Shown in pieces: positions 37,398 through 47,159 of a stretch of DNA of 64,000 bases. The DNA is taken from positions 32,001-96,000 of the IMG/VR virus record IMGVR_UViG_3300020185_000014; one strand, given 5' to 3'. A program made the position numbers and the translations under genes. This DNA is from a virus. The number at the start of each line of letters is the position of its first letter. Position 1 is the stretch's first letter. The notes beneath the pieces are model-generated. The model ran no database searches, was not told the DNA's origin, and saw nothing but the letters and a program-made list of their open reading frames with translations.

Positions 37398-39148
37398 AAT
37401 TTGGTCGAATTAATTTCCGCTGGAGTGAAAGGTTTTTGAGATGTAGTGTTTTTAAACAACGATGGTTTGCCGAACATGTCGAGGCAATAATCCCTGACGT
37501 CAAATCCAGGATCTAATTCATCATCATCGATATCATTATGCCCGATAACTTGACCTCCAGGATATGCTGAGTAGAACGCTCTGCAAAACGTTTCGAACGA
37601 ATTCATTTGAACTCTCGTTAACGAAGAAGATGATAAAAATGCTTGCGGGTTATCAGTTCCAGAAGCGCAATTAAACCCACCGACGAAAGCAATTCCAATA
37701 CTATATGTATCGTGGTCATTGACTGCCGCATGTTGCCCGACGACATTGAGGTTCCTTCCCCGTTGTATAGAACCGTCTCTTCGAATGATATAGTGATAAC
37801 CTATCTCGCTCTGCCCGAGTGCAATTTGTTGTTCGTTAATTTCTGAAGATCCAATATCTTTGTTGGTAAACGTTTCCGTCCAATGGACAACGACCTCAGT
37901 TATGTCTCGCGTCACTTGCCTCAGATCTGCTTCTAATTCTTCAACAGTTGTGATATATGAGTAGACTTTCTTGTTATTTTCGTCAAAAGTATCTTTACCA
38001 ATTTCCAATGGGTCTATGAAGACGGACTGCGAAGCGTCCACTATGGTCGATCCTGCGATCGTAGTATTCAGTCTCTCGAGAATTGATTTGATTGCTTGCG
38101 GAGAACTACCAGACTTCTTAGATACGATTTCAACTGCAGCGTCTAATGACCTCTGATCGTCTTGCGATAATGTAATTGCGTCATTAATATCAGAGTCTGA
38201 TAATCCAGGGGCGATTTGTTTAATTTGGTTTGTTGCCTGTTTCGAGAGGTTTTCGCCGAACCCTTGTAGCAATCCGGATTTTGAATTGGAAATACTTGCG
38301 TCAACGCCCTTAGTGTAGTTGTCGGTTTTGATAGAAAGTTCGTTAATGTTTTGCGGTAGGTTTTCCACAGAATTGTTTACAATATCTCCCGATTTACCAG
38401 TTATGCCCGCGAGAGTTGTTTCGAGTTTAGTTTGGTCTACTTCGATGCCCTTTGTTATTGAAGACTGGACGGAGGTTACTGAGTTGGATACATCCGTAAC
38501 CATATCGTCGATGTTTACAGAAATATTATTCGCTCCTGAAGGTGGCGCAGCAAACGAAGAAGAAACATCTGTCATTGCCGCGTTTGCGGTTTCTGCTAAT
38601 TGGTTGACCACATCAACGCTGGCGAAACTGCCGACTTTGCCGGCAAGTCCAGTTAATGTACTTTTCACACCTGCAGGACTAGCGTTGGCAACTACATTCT
38701 GTACGAACCCAGATTTGACTCCTAACCCAGTGATTAAACTCAATGCCGCAGCGAGAGTGCTATTAGTATCCGAAATCAAACTTTCGCTGATGATTCTTAC
38801 ATGCCCGTCGGAATCTGGATCAGACCATTCGACAGAAACTTTACTACCGAAAGAACCTGTAAAAGATTCAATTGTTTCATCGATAGAATTTTTTAGACTC
38901 TCAACACCGTCCGTAACCAAACCTTCGACGCTTGCCGTTTGCAGTTTCTGATCCGCTGATGTTGCTTTACTCGTTAAACTCTTAATGCCGCCGTTCACTT
39001 CTTGGGCAGTATTGCCAACCAACGTTTCTACTGAATTAGTTAGATCCGTTTGCGTCTTATCTGCTTGCGCTTCCACAAAAGAAGGCGACTGGACTTTATT
39101 CTTGAGGTTGCGAACTTCTTCTTTAAATGTAGTTTTATCAATAGGCAT
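37394..39148 (-). CDS. Long helical/Ser-rich protein with C-terminal N-acetylmuramoyl-L-alanine amidase (Amidase_2, T7-lysozyme-like)
   Basis: VVHWT, IGYHYIIRRDG..GR, SIGIAFVGG, GHND, DPGFDV. Confidence 0.85.
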   Translation of the reverse strand: MPIDKTTFKEEVRNLKNKVQSPSFVEAQADKTQTDLTNSVETLVGNTAQEVNGGIKSLTSKATSADQKLQTASVEGLVTDGVESLKNSIDETIESFTGSFGSKVSVEWSDPDSDGHVRIISESLISDTNSTLAAALSLITGLGVKSGFVQNVVANASPAGVKSTLTGLAGKVGSFASVDVVNQLAETANAAMTDVSSSFAAPPSGANNISVNIDDMVTDVSNSVTSVQSSITKGIEVDQTKLETTLAGITGKSGDIVNNSVENLPQNINELSIKTDNYTKGVDASISNSKSGLLQGFGENLSKQATNQIKQIAPGLSDSDINDAITLSQDDQRSLDAAVEIVSKKSGSSPQAIKSILERLNTTIAGSTIVDASQSVFIDPLEIGKDTFDENNKKVYSYITTVEELEADLRQVTRDITEVVVHWTETFTNKDIGSSEINEQQIALGQSEIGYHYIIRRDGSIQRGRNLNVVGQHAAVNDHDTYSIGIAFVGGFNCASGTDNPQAFLSSSSLTRVQMNSFETFCRAFYSAYPGGQVIGHNDIDDDELDPGFDVRDYCLDMFGKPSLFKNTTSQKPFTPAEINSTKL

Positions 39149-39150
39149 AA

Positions 39151-40008
39151 TTAATTCGCCAAGGTTTCCTCATAAGCGATTTCGGCAATATCATTCGCAT
39201 CTTTATAGTTCGACGCTTTCAGATAATATTTAGCGAACGCTTCCGACGCTTCCTCGATGGTTTCGGCGGACGTTAGTTTATAGTTCGCCTTTCGTTTTTT
39301 GTTTCTTAACTCGTGCAACACAAATTGGAGTTGAACCGAAAATCGTTTCCAATCATCTTTAATATTGTACATAGAAGCAAAATTTAACAGGTCTAGAAAC
39401 CGCTTACCCGAACCGTCCTTTGACCATGCACCGATACCCTGCAACGTCGAATCGTTCGAATATAGAATAAACCTCGAAACCAATTGCAACCCAGCAGCGA
39501 TACTTGCTGCTTGAATAACAGTATAACCGTTCTCTATGAAAAATTTAACTGTTTGACTTCTTCTTTTATTGACCGGCGCTTCTCGTGTAGTATCATCGTC
39601 AATATCAGGCAACACCATGTTAATAATTTTTTCTTGGTTGTGTTTGTAATTCTCAAGCGTGTTTTGAGTTTTTGTTTGCGTAGAGGTGGGCAACTCGACT
39701 CTTGGTGTTGAACCAATAATAAGAGGGATTTGCGATGAACGACCATCAATAAAAATACCGAATACCATACTGCCAGGAAGCAATTGTGGAATTCTACCGA
39801 TACCGGAAATGCCGCCTTCAGTGTTCGGCATCAAGACCTGCGCCCATGGTAAATCTTTCTCTGGGACTTCTCCCGTGTACAAGTTATGAATGCCGTTAAT
39901 TCGCACTTTAACACGACCTTCAAATCCTGCCGGAGGAGTCGTATTAATTAGGGTGCCGACAAACCAACGAGTTTCATCACCATAAAAAGTTTTTTTAATT
40001 GAAAACAT
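39151..40008 (-). CDS. gp5: gp5 N-terminal OB-fold fused to a degenerate phage tail lysozyme-like domain
   Basis: WFVG..GRVKVRI.GIH..DLPWA..G..VFG.F.DG..Q.P.I.G; QAASIAAGL..GIGAW..QLQFV.HEL. Confidence 0.8.
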   Translation of the reverse strand: MFSIKKTFYGDETRWFVGTLINTTPPAGFEGRVKVRINGIHNLYTGEVPEKDLPWAQVLMPNTEGGISGIGRIPQLLPGSMVFGIFIDGRSSQIPLIIGSTPRVELPTSTQTKTQNTLENYKHNQEKIINMVLPDIDDDTTREAPVNKRRSQTVKFFIENGYTVIQAASIAAGLQLVSRFILYSNDSTLQGIGAWSKDGSGKRFLDLLNFASMYNIKDDWKRFSVQLQFVLHELRNKKRKANYKLTSAETIEEASEAFAKYYLKASNYKDANDIAEIAYEETLAN

Positions 40009-41342
40009 TATAACACCAAACTCTTATTATTTTTGCTGATGCGCGATACATCGAGAGAAACAATATGCTGCGTATCTCTAAACGTATGCCGTGTTGCGAA
40101 AATCAAATAATCCCCAGACTTCTCAGGATCTAACGGCGATTCGACATTATTCTCCGCGTTGCTAGTTGTAAAATGAATACGAACCATATCTCCAACTGTC
40201 GCCTTCACCAGCATGAACATAGTGCCACTAACAGAAATACTCATCATGTTTTTATACAATGCTGACTTGATTGTTTTATTTTTTACATTCAACGCGAACG
40301 TTGACGCGTCGGGTTCATCATGATAACTCTTAAATTCGCCATATGTTCCGCTCGATGAAACTTGGTGGAAATAAACCGCATTGAATGCATCACTGGCGCT
40401 GCTGTTAAATTGTTGTTGTTCGTCGTACAATAATTGCTCAGACTCTTTGCTGATCGTACCATTATCTTTTAAAGCTTCGATGACGTGCTTTGATGATACG
40501 TGCGAACGATACGATAACCCTGTTCCTATATCAGTGTTTGTATAAAAAGAACCAACACATCCATCATCAATAAAATCTAATGAGTTGTGATTTGATGTTA
40601 AACTGTACGCAAGGATTTGACTGGCCCGGAAAGACTCGTCCAACTCGGTTGCCGTTTGAGTTGCTGCCTGAGAATGAATGAACGGCAGTTTTTCGTTAAA
40701 CGGTTTTTGTTTCAACATTTTTTCTAAGTCGCCGAGTCTGACCCTTTTGTCATGTATTGATGAATATAAGAACAACGGCGACCCCGTTGAAGAGCACGCC
40801 TTCTCTAAGATCCAGGCGCATGCTTCGATAGGGGTCATATATGGAACGATAAGTTTTCGTTGAGCGAGGTTTTTGGTATTGTCCGAAAGGTACGACGCAT
40901 CAACATCGAGTTTTAATTTGGTGTTAATTATCTTTGTAATGATATTCGGAAAGTTGTCTGTATATGAACGACTAAATGGTATCAGGGCATTGAAGTAATT
41001 ATGCACTTCGACCAACTGAAACATCAAAGTTTCTGCCGCATCATTAGACTTAACGCTCTTAATCATATTTGATATGATGAACTTTTTCTCGACTAATCTA
41101 TCTTCGTCTTCTACCGCCGAAGATAAAACTATATTCAAATATTCAGTCCCTTTAAACTGCAGTGATTCGAAAAGTCCAAGGTTGTCTACCATAACCAAAG
41201 TCCCAGTCAGGTATGGTTTTTCTATTGATTCAAAAATTGTCAACTCATAAATTAACTGAGAAACATCAAGTTTCAAATCATCAAACCGATCCGCAGTGAT
41301 GACTGCTTCGGATATTTTAAATTGTTGATCAAGACTAGGCAT
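40008..41342 (-). CDS. Baseplate hub protein (gp27-like)
   Basis: IFESI....LTG...D, VGD.V, SGDYLI..RH.F; lies between gp53 and gp5. Confidence 0.65.
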   Translation of the reverse strand: MPSLDQQFKISEAVITADRFDDLKLDVSQLIYELTIFESIEKPYLTGTLVMVDNLGLFESLQFKGTEYLNIVLSSAVEDEDRLVEKKFIISNMIKSVKSNDAAETLMFQLVEVHNYFNALIPFSRSYTDNFPNIITKIINTKLKLDVDASYLSDNTKNLAQRKLIVPYMTPIEACAWILEKACSSTGSPLFLYSSIHDKRVRLGDLEKMLKQKPFNEKLPFIHSQAATQTATELDESFRASQILAYSLTSNHNSLDFIDDGCVGSFYTNTDIGTGLSYRSHVSSKHVIEALKDNGTISKESEQLLYDEQQQFNSSASDAFNAVYFHQVSSSGTYGEFKSYHDEPDASTFALNVKNKTIKSALYKNMMSISVSGTMFMLVKATVGDMVRIHFTTSNAENNVESPLDPEKSGDYLIFATRHTFRDTQHIVSLDVSRISKNNKSLVL

Positions 41343-41343
41343 A

Positions 41344-42165
41344 TTAATTTCTTACAAGGCGAGCGAACTCTTGCACTATTTTTCTAACAGAATTTGGTTT
41401 TATGATACGAATAGTTTTGACCGATTCGTTCTGCCCTTCGAAGTATTCTTGGTTTGTAACTGCGTTAGCACCGGCGAGCGAGGTTGATAAATCGAACGGG
41501 TCGATGTCGATACGCTCTCCGCTGTTGTTTGTGTAATGATGCGGTGCGTTATGTTCAACTACATTATTATAGAACCCTGATCCGTATATGGAAGAATAAG
41601 TGTATCTAATGTAACTAGGGTTGTAAGGATATAAACCGTTGTCGAAATACATCGTATCAATGTTGGTCATTGAAGATTTGTTACCAGATAAAGATGATAC
41701 ATATTTCAAGACGACTTTCCCGATGTCTAGATTTAAATGTACGACAGAAGCAATCGTATCGTTGTTAATAATTACTTGCTGCCCCGTTGATAACCGTTTG
41801 CCGAGAACAGTCGAACTCGTGAAGAGATCTTTGACTCTGTGGGTTCCGTCTATTTGTACTGAATAATTAGGATAAATCACTTTCGCCTTTTCTTCAACGT
41901 CTTGTCGAGTCAAAGGCCAACCGCATTCACGCAAACTGGGATTGGACAAGAAAAACGTCCAATAATATTCTGTGCTACCATACAACTGATATGACAGCGT
42001 GTCTGGTCTATCGCCGTCCTTTATCACATGATTACTATAGAACGAAACGTCATCGACGAGTTGATCGATTAAGTCAACATAAACCCCCATATTTTCGATG
42101 TAGTTGAAAGTTTTTTCGTTTCCGAAATAATACGGAACCAGGGGAAAATTATTAAAATACGCCAT
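41344..42165 (-). CDS. gp53: Baseplate wedge subunit
   Basis: YF..FP, I.DGDRPD.LS..LYG...YYW.F...N, WP, NE....IRII.P. Confidence 0.92.
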   Translation of the reverse strand: MAYFNNFPLVPYYFGNEKTFNYIENMGVYVDLIDQLVDDVSFYSNHVIKDGDRPDTLSYQLYGSTEYYWTFFLSNPSLRECGWPLTRQDVEEKAKVIYPNYSVQIDGTHRVKDLFTSSTVLGKRLSTGQQVIINNDTIASVVHLNLDIGKVVLKYVSSLSGNKSSMTNIDTMYFDNGLYPYNPSYIRYTYSSIYGSGFYNNVVEHNAPHHYTNNSGERIDIDPFDLSTSLAGANAVTNQEYFEGQNESVKTIRIIKPNSVRKIVQEFARLVRN

Positions 42166-43100
42166 TAGTATCCTTCCACAATTAATTCGCGCGTCAGTGC
42201 GCGAGATTCTGTAAAGTTTAGAGACATCTGGATATCGGTAAAGTTACCGTCCGGATGGAACCCAGCATTTTCAGAGTTATACACGACGCTCACGGTTCTA
42301 AGGTAACAATCTAAAAACTTAGTGGCGATTTCCTTTCCATCATACTCAAACCGAACTTCAAACATGTTTGGAATTTTATAACCCAAAGAAATAGGAACGT
42401 TGTCTGCGGCGGATATCGTTCCAGGGTAAAGTTCTGTCCTGAAGAATTTAATTATGTTTTTTATTTCTTCTGCTTCTTCTTTAGATTTACCAATCATTCG
42501 GAAAGTAAACGGCAGTTCCCTTAGCGGTACAGACTCGAACATCGCCCTTGTGTTTGGGTTGATTACGGTTCTTGTGTTTAGGGCGACCGCGCCGCCAATC
42601 TGATCGCCGAACTTACTTGAAGTTCTACTCAATGCAAGTCGCGCGAGCGGGGTATCGAAACTTTTTGTAGAAAAACTTTCCGCGAATGATTGGACGCCGT
42701 CGGTCATCGATTTAACTGCAGCGCCAGCAATGCTCGCGCCGCTTTGCATTCCACCCTCAAGGGTTGCGCCGAGCGTTCCGAGGTCTAAGTTGCTATACTG
42801 AACTGCGTCAGTGATACTAATATTTTCCGGTAGGTACAGTTCAACTTTCGATCCGTAGTTCTTCGACCTTTCTACACCAGAAACATCGGTTTGACTTTCA
42901 TCTGATCCGCTGTTCTTATTCGCCACGTCAGACGACGCTGGTTCAGATGTTTCGCCGTCCTGCGATTGGAGATACTTTCCAACTTGTTTTGATTGTCTAG
43001 CGATAATTGCTGTCGATATTGGTTCGACTTTTACCAAGCGAAAAATAACTCTTCCTTTATAGTTGTCTTGGTCGACTAGAGGGTATGTGTAGTTTGGCAT
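42165..43100 (-). CDS. gp48: Baseplate tail-tube cap
   Basis: LYLP.I..Y, NP...MF....R...F.F, EAEEI..IIKFFR, C.L..V.V.Y, L.F.E...LTR. Confidence 0.88.
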   Translation of the reverse strand: MPNYTYPLVDQDNYKGRVIFRLVKVEPISTAIIARQSKQVGKYLQSQDGETSEPASSDVANKNSGSDESQTDVSGVERSKNYGSKVELYLPENISITDAVQYSNLDLGTLGATLEGGMQSGASIAGAAVKSMTDGVQSFAESFSTKSFDTPLARLALSRTSSKFGDQIGGAVALNTRTVINPNTRAMFESVPLRELPFTFRMIGKSKEEAEEIKNIIKFFRTELYPGTISAADNVPISLGYKIPNMFEVRFEYDGKEIATKFLDCYLRTVSVVYNSENAGFHPDGNFTDIQMSLNFTESRALTRELIVEGY

Positions 43101-43109
43101 TCCAATCTC

Positions 43110-43138
43110 AATAAATAAGTTTACATGGATTATTTATA
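43110..43138. promoter_or_regulatory. Face-to-face late promoters: AATAAATA (+, 43110-43117) and TATAAATA (-, 43131-43138)
   Basis: Both lie in the 47-bp gap between divergent gp48 and gp4. Confidence 0.7.
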
Positions 43139-43147
43139 GCGAAATAT

Positions 43148-43657
43148 GTGAAAACTTATAAGGGAAAATATAAACCGAAGAATCCTGACAAATATAAAGG
43201 CGACCCAACCGGCGTTGTCTATCGTTCGGGGTGGGAGAGGTCAGTAATGCTCCATTTCGATAACTCATCTGATGTTGTGTCATGGTCAAGCGAAGAAGTG
43301 GTCGTTCCGTATATTTATGACGTCGACAAAACCAGACACCGATATTTCGTCGACTTCTTAGTCACTTACAAAAACGGAACCACGCTTCTAATCGAAGTCA
43401 AACCCAATAAAGAAACCACCCCACCGAAGAAAGTCAATACTCGGAACAAGAAATATATGACCGAAGCATTGACTTATGTTCGAAACATGAACAAGTGGGA
43501 AGCAGCGATTGAGTATTGTAAAGACCGAGGATGGAAGTTTGAGATATGGACCGAAGTAGAACTACGAAACATGGGCATACTTCCCAAACCGTTAAAAAAG
43601 TTGAAACCGCTTCCAGCGTATTCTAAAAAACCTAGAACTCCTAGAAAAAAGTTATAA
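43148..43657 (+). CDS. gp4: Head completion nuclease
   Basis: YKGKYKPKNP.KY.GD....YRS.WE, W.SEE, HRYFVDF, EVKP, N..KW.AA. Confidence 0.95.
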   Translation: MKTYKGKYKPKNPDKYKGDPTGVVYRSGWERSVMLHFDNSSDVVSWSSEEVVVPYIYDVDKTRHRYFVDFLVTYKNGTTLLIEVKPNKETTPPKKVNTRNKKYMTEALTYVRNMNKWEAAIEYCKDRGWKFEIWTEVELRNMGILPKPLKKLKPLPAYSKKPRTPRKKL

Positions 43658-43660
43658 ATA
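43653..43660 (+). promoter_or_regulatory. T4-type late promoter TATAAATA upstream of gp2
   Basis: Exact consensus overlapping the gp4 stop. Confidence 0.8.
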
Positions 43661-43686
43661 ATCCATAAGACATTCCGGTTATTAAT

Positions 43687-44271
43687 ATGAGCAACCTATT
43701 CGCCAGATACGAAAGAGAAGCATTTCGCGCTGGGATTCAACCCAGAACAAAAGAGTCTAGAGAATGGTTTAGAAATAAACTCAAAACGGTTCGGCGGGTT
43801 GACCGTAACAAACTGATGAAAGAAGCGGAATTGGTCAAAACCGATCAAAGTATCGCAGGGCACATGTACATGTTTTCCTATGACCCAAAAACCAAAGACA
43901 CGTTGCCGTATTACGATAAATTTCCTTTGGTAATTGTAGTCGGTCCCGCGAAAGGAGGGTTCTATGGGATCAATCTCCACTATCTTCCTCCCGCACTAAG
44001 AGCGAAGTTTCTTGATGGATTGTTGGACATCACTAACAATAAAAGATACGACGAAACGACCAAATTCAGACTGTCATACAAGTTTCTTAAATCAAGTTCG
44101 AAAATGAAATACTTTGCTCCATGTTTCAAACATTATTTGACGGAACACGTCAGAGGTCAATTCGCAAAGGTATTAGCGCCAGAATATGAGATTGCGGTTT
44201 TCTTACCGACGGCAGACTGGGCGAAAAGTTCATCCGGCAAAATCTATGGCGATTCTAGGAGAATGATTTAA
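43687..44271 (+). CDS. gp2: DNA end protector protein
   Basis: YDPK.K..LPYYD.FPL, G.NLHYL...R, FKHYL..HV. Confidence 0.95.
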   Translation: MSNLFARYEREAFRAGIQPRTKESREWFRNKLKTVRRVDRNKLMKEAELVKTDQSIAGHMYMFSYDPKTKDTLPYYDKFPLVIVVGPAKGGFYGINLHYLPPALRAKFLDGLLDITNNKRYDETTKFRLSYKFLKSSSKMKYFAPCFKHYLTEHVRGQFAKVLAPEYEIAVFLPTADWAKSSSGKIYGDSRRMI

Positions 44272-44939
44272 TGTCATACAGCATCGAACAACTACAAGGG
44301 TTGATTTCCGCCAAAGAGGGATTCGCGCGATCTAATCTGTTCAGAGTAATACTTCCATCGATGTCAAGAATAACGGGAAGCGACAACGCGACTGATATTT
44401 CGTCTAACGAGTTAAACCTCTACTGCAAAAACGTTGCATTACCTGGAAAGCAAATTACAGGAGCAGTCTCAAAGATTGGTCTAATGAGTTTTAATGTGGC
44501 GAATGGTTTCGCTAACGACCCTGTGACCATGACCTTCAGGGTATTCAATCGACCCGATATATTAACATATTTCCGCGAATGGCGTGATACCATTATTACA
44601 GAAGACTATCAGGTCGGGTACTACAACGATTATGTTAAAGGAATCAAAATTCAACTGTTGAAGAAAGGGTTTGCATTTCCGCTCTTCAATAAACAACTAA
44701 ACCTGAACATACCGGAATCAATTAGAAAATCATTGCCGAGTCTAGGTCCAATAAACTTTGCTCAAAATGAAATAGATATAGATTTTAAAACAGACGATCA
44801 GGTGATCTACACCTACGATTTAATTGACGCATATCCGTCTACGTTCACAAGCATCACCCTTTCGGACGACGAGCAGGATGGATTGATAGAGATAACAGTT
44901 TCTTTCGCCTTCAAGGATTTTAAAGAATCTGAAATTTAA
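44271..44939 (+). CDS. Tail tube-fold protein (gp54/gp19-like)
   Basis: GFARSNLFRV, C..V.LPG, F..W, L.DAYP......L, V.F. Confidence 0.75.
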   Translation: MSYSIEQLQGLISAKEGFARSNLFRVILPSMSRITGSDNATDISSNELNLYCKNVALPGKQITGAVSKIGLMSFNVANGFANDPVTMTFRVFNRPDILTYFREWRDTIITEDYQVGYYNDYVKGIKIQLLKKGFAFPLFNKQLNLNIPESIRKSLPSLGPINFAQNEIDIDFKTDDQVIYTYDLIDAYPSTFTSITLSDDEQDGLIEITVSFAFKDFKESEI

Positions 44940-44954
44940 TAATGGAGATTTATA

Positions 44955-45656
44955 ATGGCATTACCTAAACTCAACGACTCGCCGAAGTACTCGATAACGA
45001 TTCCATCAACAAACAAAGAAGTATCTTTCAGACCATACTTGGTTAAAGAAGAGAAGGTCTTAATGATGGCGCTCGAGACTGAAGACCAGAAGAGCGCGTT
45101 AATGGCGATTGCAGATACTATCGAAGCATGTGTATTTGAGAAAATCGACACTCGCAAACTAACAACGTTCGACGTCGAATATATGTTCACTCAAATCCGC
45201 GCGAAATCCGCAGGAGAAACCGCTTCCATCGGAATTAAATGCAATTCGTGTTCGGCGATCAACGATGTTGTAATTAAGTTAGACGACATTAATGTTGATG
45301 TTCCGGTAACAGAAAACATCATTAATTTAACCGACGAAGTATCGATCGAACTTAGATGGCCATCATATTTCGAGATCACCGGATTCGATACAGATAAATC
45401 TCCAAGCGCGGCGGCATTCGAAATGGCGGCACTATGCATAGAAGCGATTATGCACGAAGGTGAACGAACCCTTGCAACAGATTGTAGTAACAAAGAATTA
45501 ATGGAATTTATCGAATCAATGACAACAGAACAGTTTAAGTCTGTTACAGATTATATCGCACTAATGCCTCAAATGCAACACAGAGTTGATTTTGATTGTA
45601 GTAAGTGCGGTGAAGAAAACCATATCGACGTTAAAGGATTGCAGAATTTTTTTTAA
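44955..45656 (+). CDS. gp26: Baseplate hub assembly chaperone
   Basis: MALPKL..P.Y...IPST....FRPYLVKEEK.L, FDVEY.F..IRAKS.GE, two CxxC, ends GLQNFF. Confidence 0.92.
   Translation: MALPKLNDSPKYSITIPSTNKEVSFRPYLVKEEKVLMMALETEDQKSALMAIADTIEACVFEKIDTRKLTTFDVEYMFTQIRAKSAGETASIGIKCNSCSAINDVVIKLDDINVDVPVTENIINLTDEVSIELRWPSYFEITGFDTDKSPSAAAFEMAALCIEAIMHEGERTLATDCSNKELMEFIESMTTEQFKSVTDYIALMPQMQHRVDFDCSKCGEENHIDVKGLQNFF
45647..45654 (+). other. Putative -1 frameshift site (T8 run; T_TTT_TTT then TAA)
   Basis: X_XXY_YYZ heptamer at the last gp26 codons; -1 frame is open into gp51. Confidence 0.7.
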
Positions 45657-45841
45657 TTAACCTCTCTCATGATAATTTGGTTAATCATTTTAGAACCAAT
45701 TTCGAATTAATGCATAGTCACAAATATTCATTGACCGAACTTGATAACATGATGCCTTGGGAGAGGGAAATTTACATAACGCTTTTGACGCAGAGAATTA
45801 AAGAAGAAAACGATTTAAGGAAACAACAAAGTGGCAGATAG
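45653..45841 (+). CDS. gp51: gp51-like segment in the -1 frame of gp26 (not in the ORF track)
   Basis: LINLSHDNLVNHFRTNFELMHSHKYSLTELDNMMPWEREIYITLL..; stop TAG at 45839-45841. Confidence 0.85.
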   Translation, partial: LINLSHDNLVNHFRTNFELMHSHKYSLTELDNMMPWEREIYITLLTQRIKEENDLRKQQSGR

Positions 45842-47159
45842 TAATATCATCATTACAAGTTCAATCGAATCGTTGCGTAGAAGCAACCCCGAAGCACTTC
45901 GTCCGCAAGAATCCTCCGGAGGCGAAGCTGGCGGTGGATCTTCCTTCGATTTATCGCCGTTGGTCGAATTATCTCAACTGATGCTCGCCGAGATTAAATC
46001 TGTTAATATGAATTTCGAATTGTTTTTCGAAAAAATGGAATTAGCGCGGTTGAAATCTAGAGACTCTGGTCCAGCAGAAAGTCCGTCCGCACCCTCCGTT
46101 AATGCGCCGGAAAGTGAGAAAGATGATTCTGGGTTTCTGTTCGACGGGATTGTTGCCGGTTTCATGGCATTTAAATCAACCATCGTATCTTTTGCGTTGA
46201 GGTTTAAAAACTTCATCAAAATTATCGCAAAACCGTTTGTGATAATCACTGCGGCAGTCACAGGCATCCTTGGTTTCATTGAGGGGTTTACAGAAAATGC
46301 AGACGACACTATGGGAGAAAAGATAACCAGAGGGATAATGCGCGGCATCGAGAATATCATAGATGTTATTGTTGCTTGGCCTGCACAGTTATTAGTTGAT
46401 ACTGTAGCGTGGTTGTCCAGAGCTCTCGGGGCAGAAGGCATTGCTGATTACTTAGATAGGGTTGATATAAGAAAGGCATTAGCAGACATGTTCGATTATT
46501 TCGAATCATTCATTGAACCGATTGGCGCGATGATCGATTCTGTAATCGCGGTATTTCAATCCGATCAAGTTAAAGAACTCATCGAGGGAGTCAAAGGTAA
46601 AATTATCGACGGGTTCAATTCTGGAATAGAAACTCTATCCGGCATCATGAACACTATCTTCAGTGCAGTGCAGTGGTTTAGCGAAACTGACATGGAAGAA
46701 AAGGTTGAAGGAGGTCTCGGGTTATTCCGAGATGTCGTAGATGGGATTCAAAAGTGGATCGGTAATCTCGCTTCATCGTTATATGAAGCATTACCAGATT
46801 TTTCCAGTTTTGCAAAGTCGTCTATTTCTTTTGTAAAAGATGCATCGGGCGCGGTAGGGAATTTGTTTAGCGACGATAACACATCGGGCGCGGTAGGGAA
46901 TTTGTTTAGCGACGATAACACATCGGTCACACCACTAACAAGTTCTACGAGGGAAACATCCGCCGCAAGTTTATCAGAAGAATCTAGAATCGCCGCAGCA
47001 CAAAACATTACAGGTCAACAAACATCAGTTAACGTTGTTGATAATAGTGTGAGTTCTACGAGCAATTCTAGTTCATCTGCAGCAATTATGATGGAGACTC
47101 CACCAGCGACAGACCGTTACGATCCAATAAGAGGTCGTAACGGTCTGCGTTTCGCTTAG
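45831..47159 (+). CDS. Tape-measure / gp29-like hub protein
   Basis: Helical, hydrophobic core, low-complexity N/S-rich tail; follows gp26/gp51. Confidence 0.55.
   Translation: MADSNIIITSSIESLRRSNPEALRPQESSGGEAGGGSSFDLSPLVELSQLMLAEIKSVNMNFELFFEKMELARLKSRDSGPAESPSAPSVNAPESEKDDSGFLFDGIVAGFMAFKSTIVSFALRFKNFIKIIAKPFVIITAAVTGILGFIEGFTENADDTMGEKITRGIMRGIENIIDVIVAWPAQLLVDTVAWLSRALGAEGIADYLDRVDIRKALADMFDYFESFIEPIGAMIDSVIAVFQSDQVKELIEGVKGKIIDGFNSGIETLSGIMNTIFSAVQWFSETDMEEKVEGGLGLFRDVVDGIQKWIGNLASSLYEALPDFSSFAKSSISFVKDASGAVGNLFSDDNTSGAVGNLFSDDNTSVTPLTSSTRETSAASLSEESRIAAAQNITGQQTSVNVVDNSVSSTSNSSSSAAIMMETPPATDRYDPIRGRNGLRFA
46843..46926. repeat. Perfect 39-bp in-frame tandem duplication (SGAVGNLFSDDNT x2)
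   Basis: Identical copies at 46843 and 46882. Confidence 0.95.
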
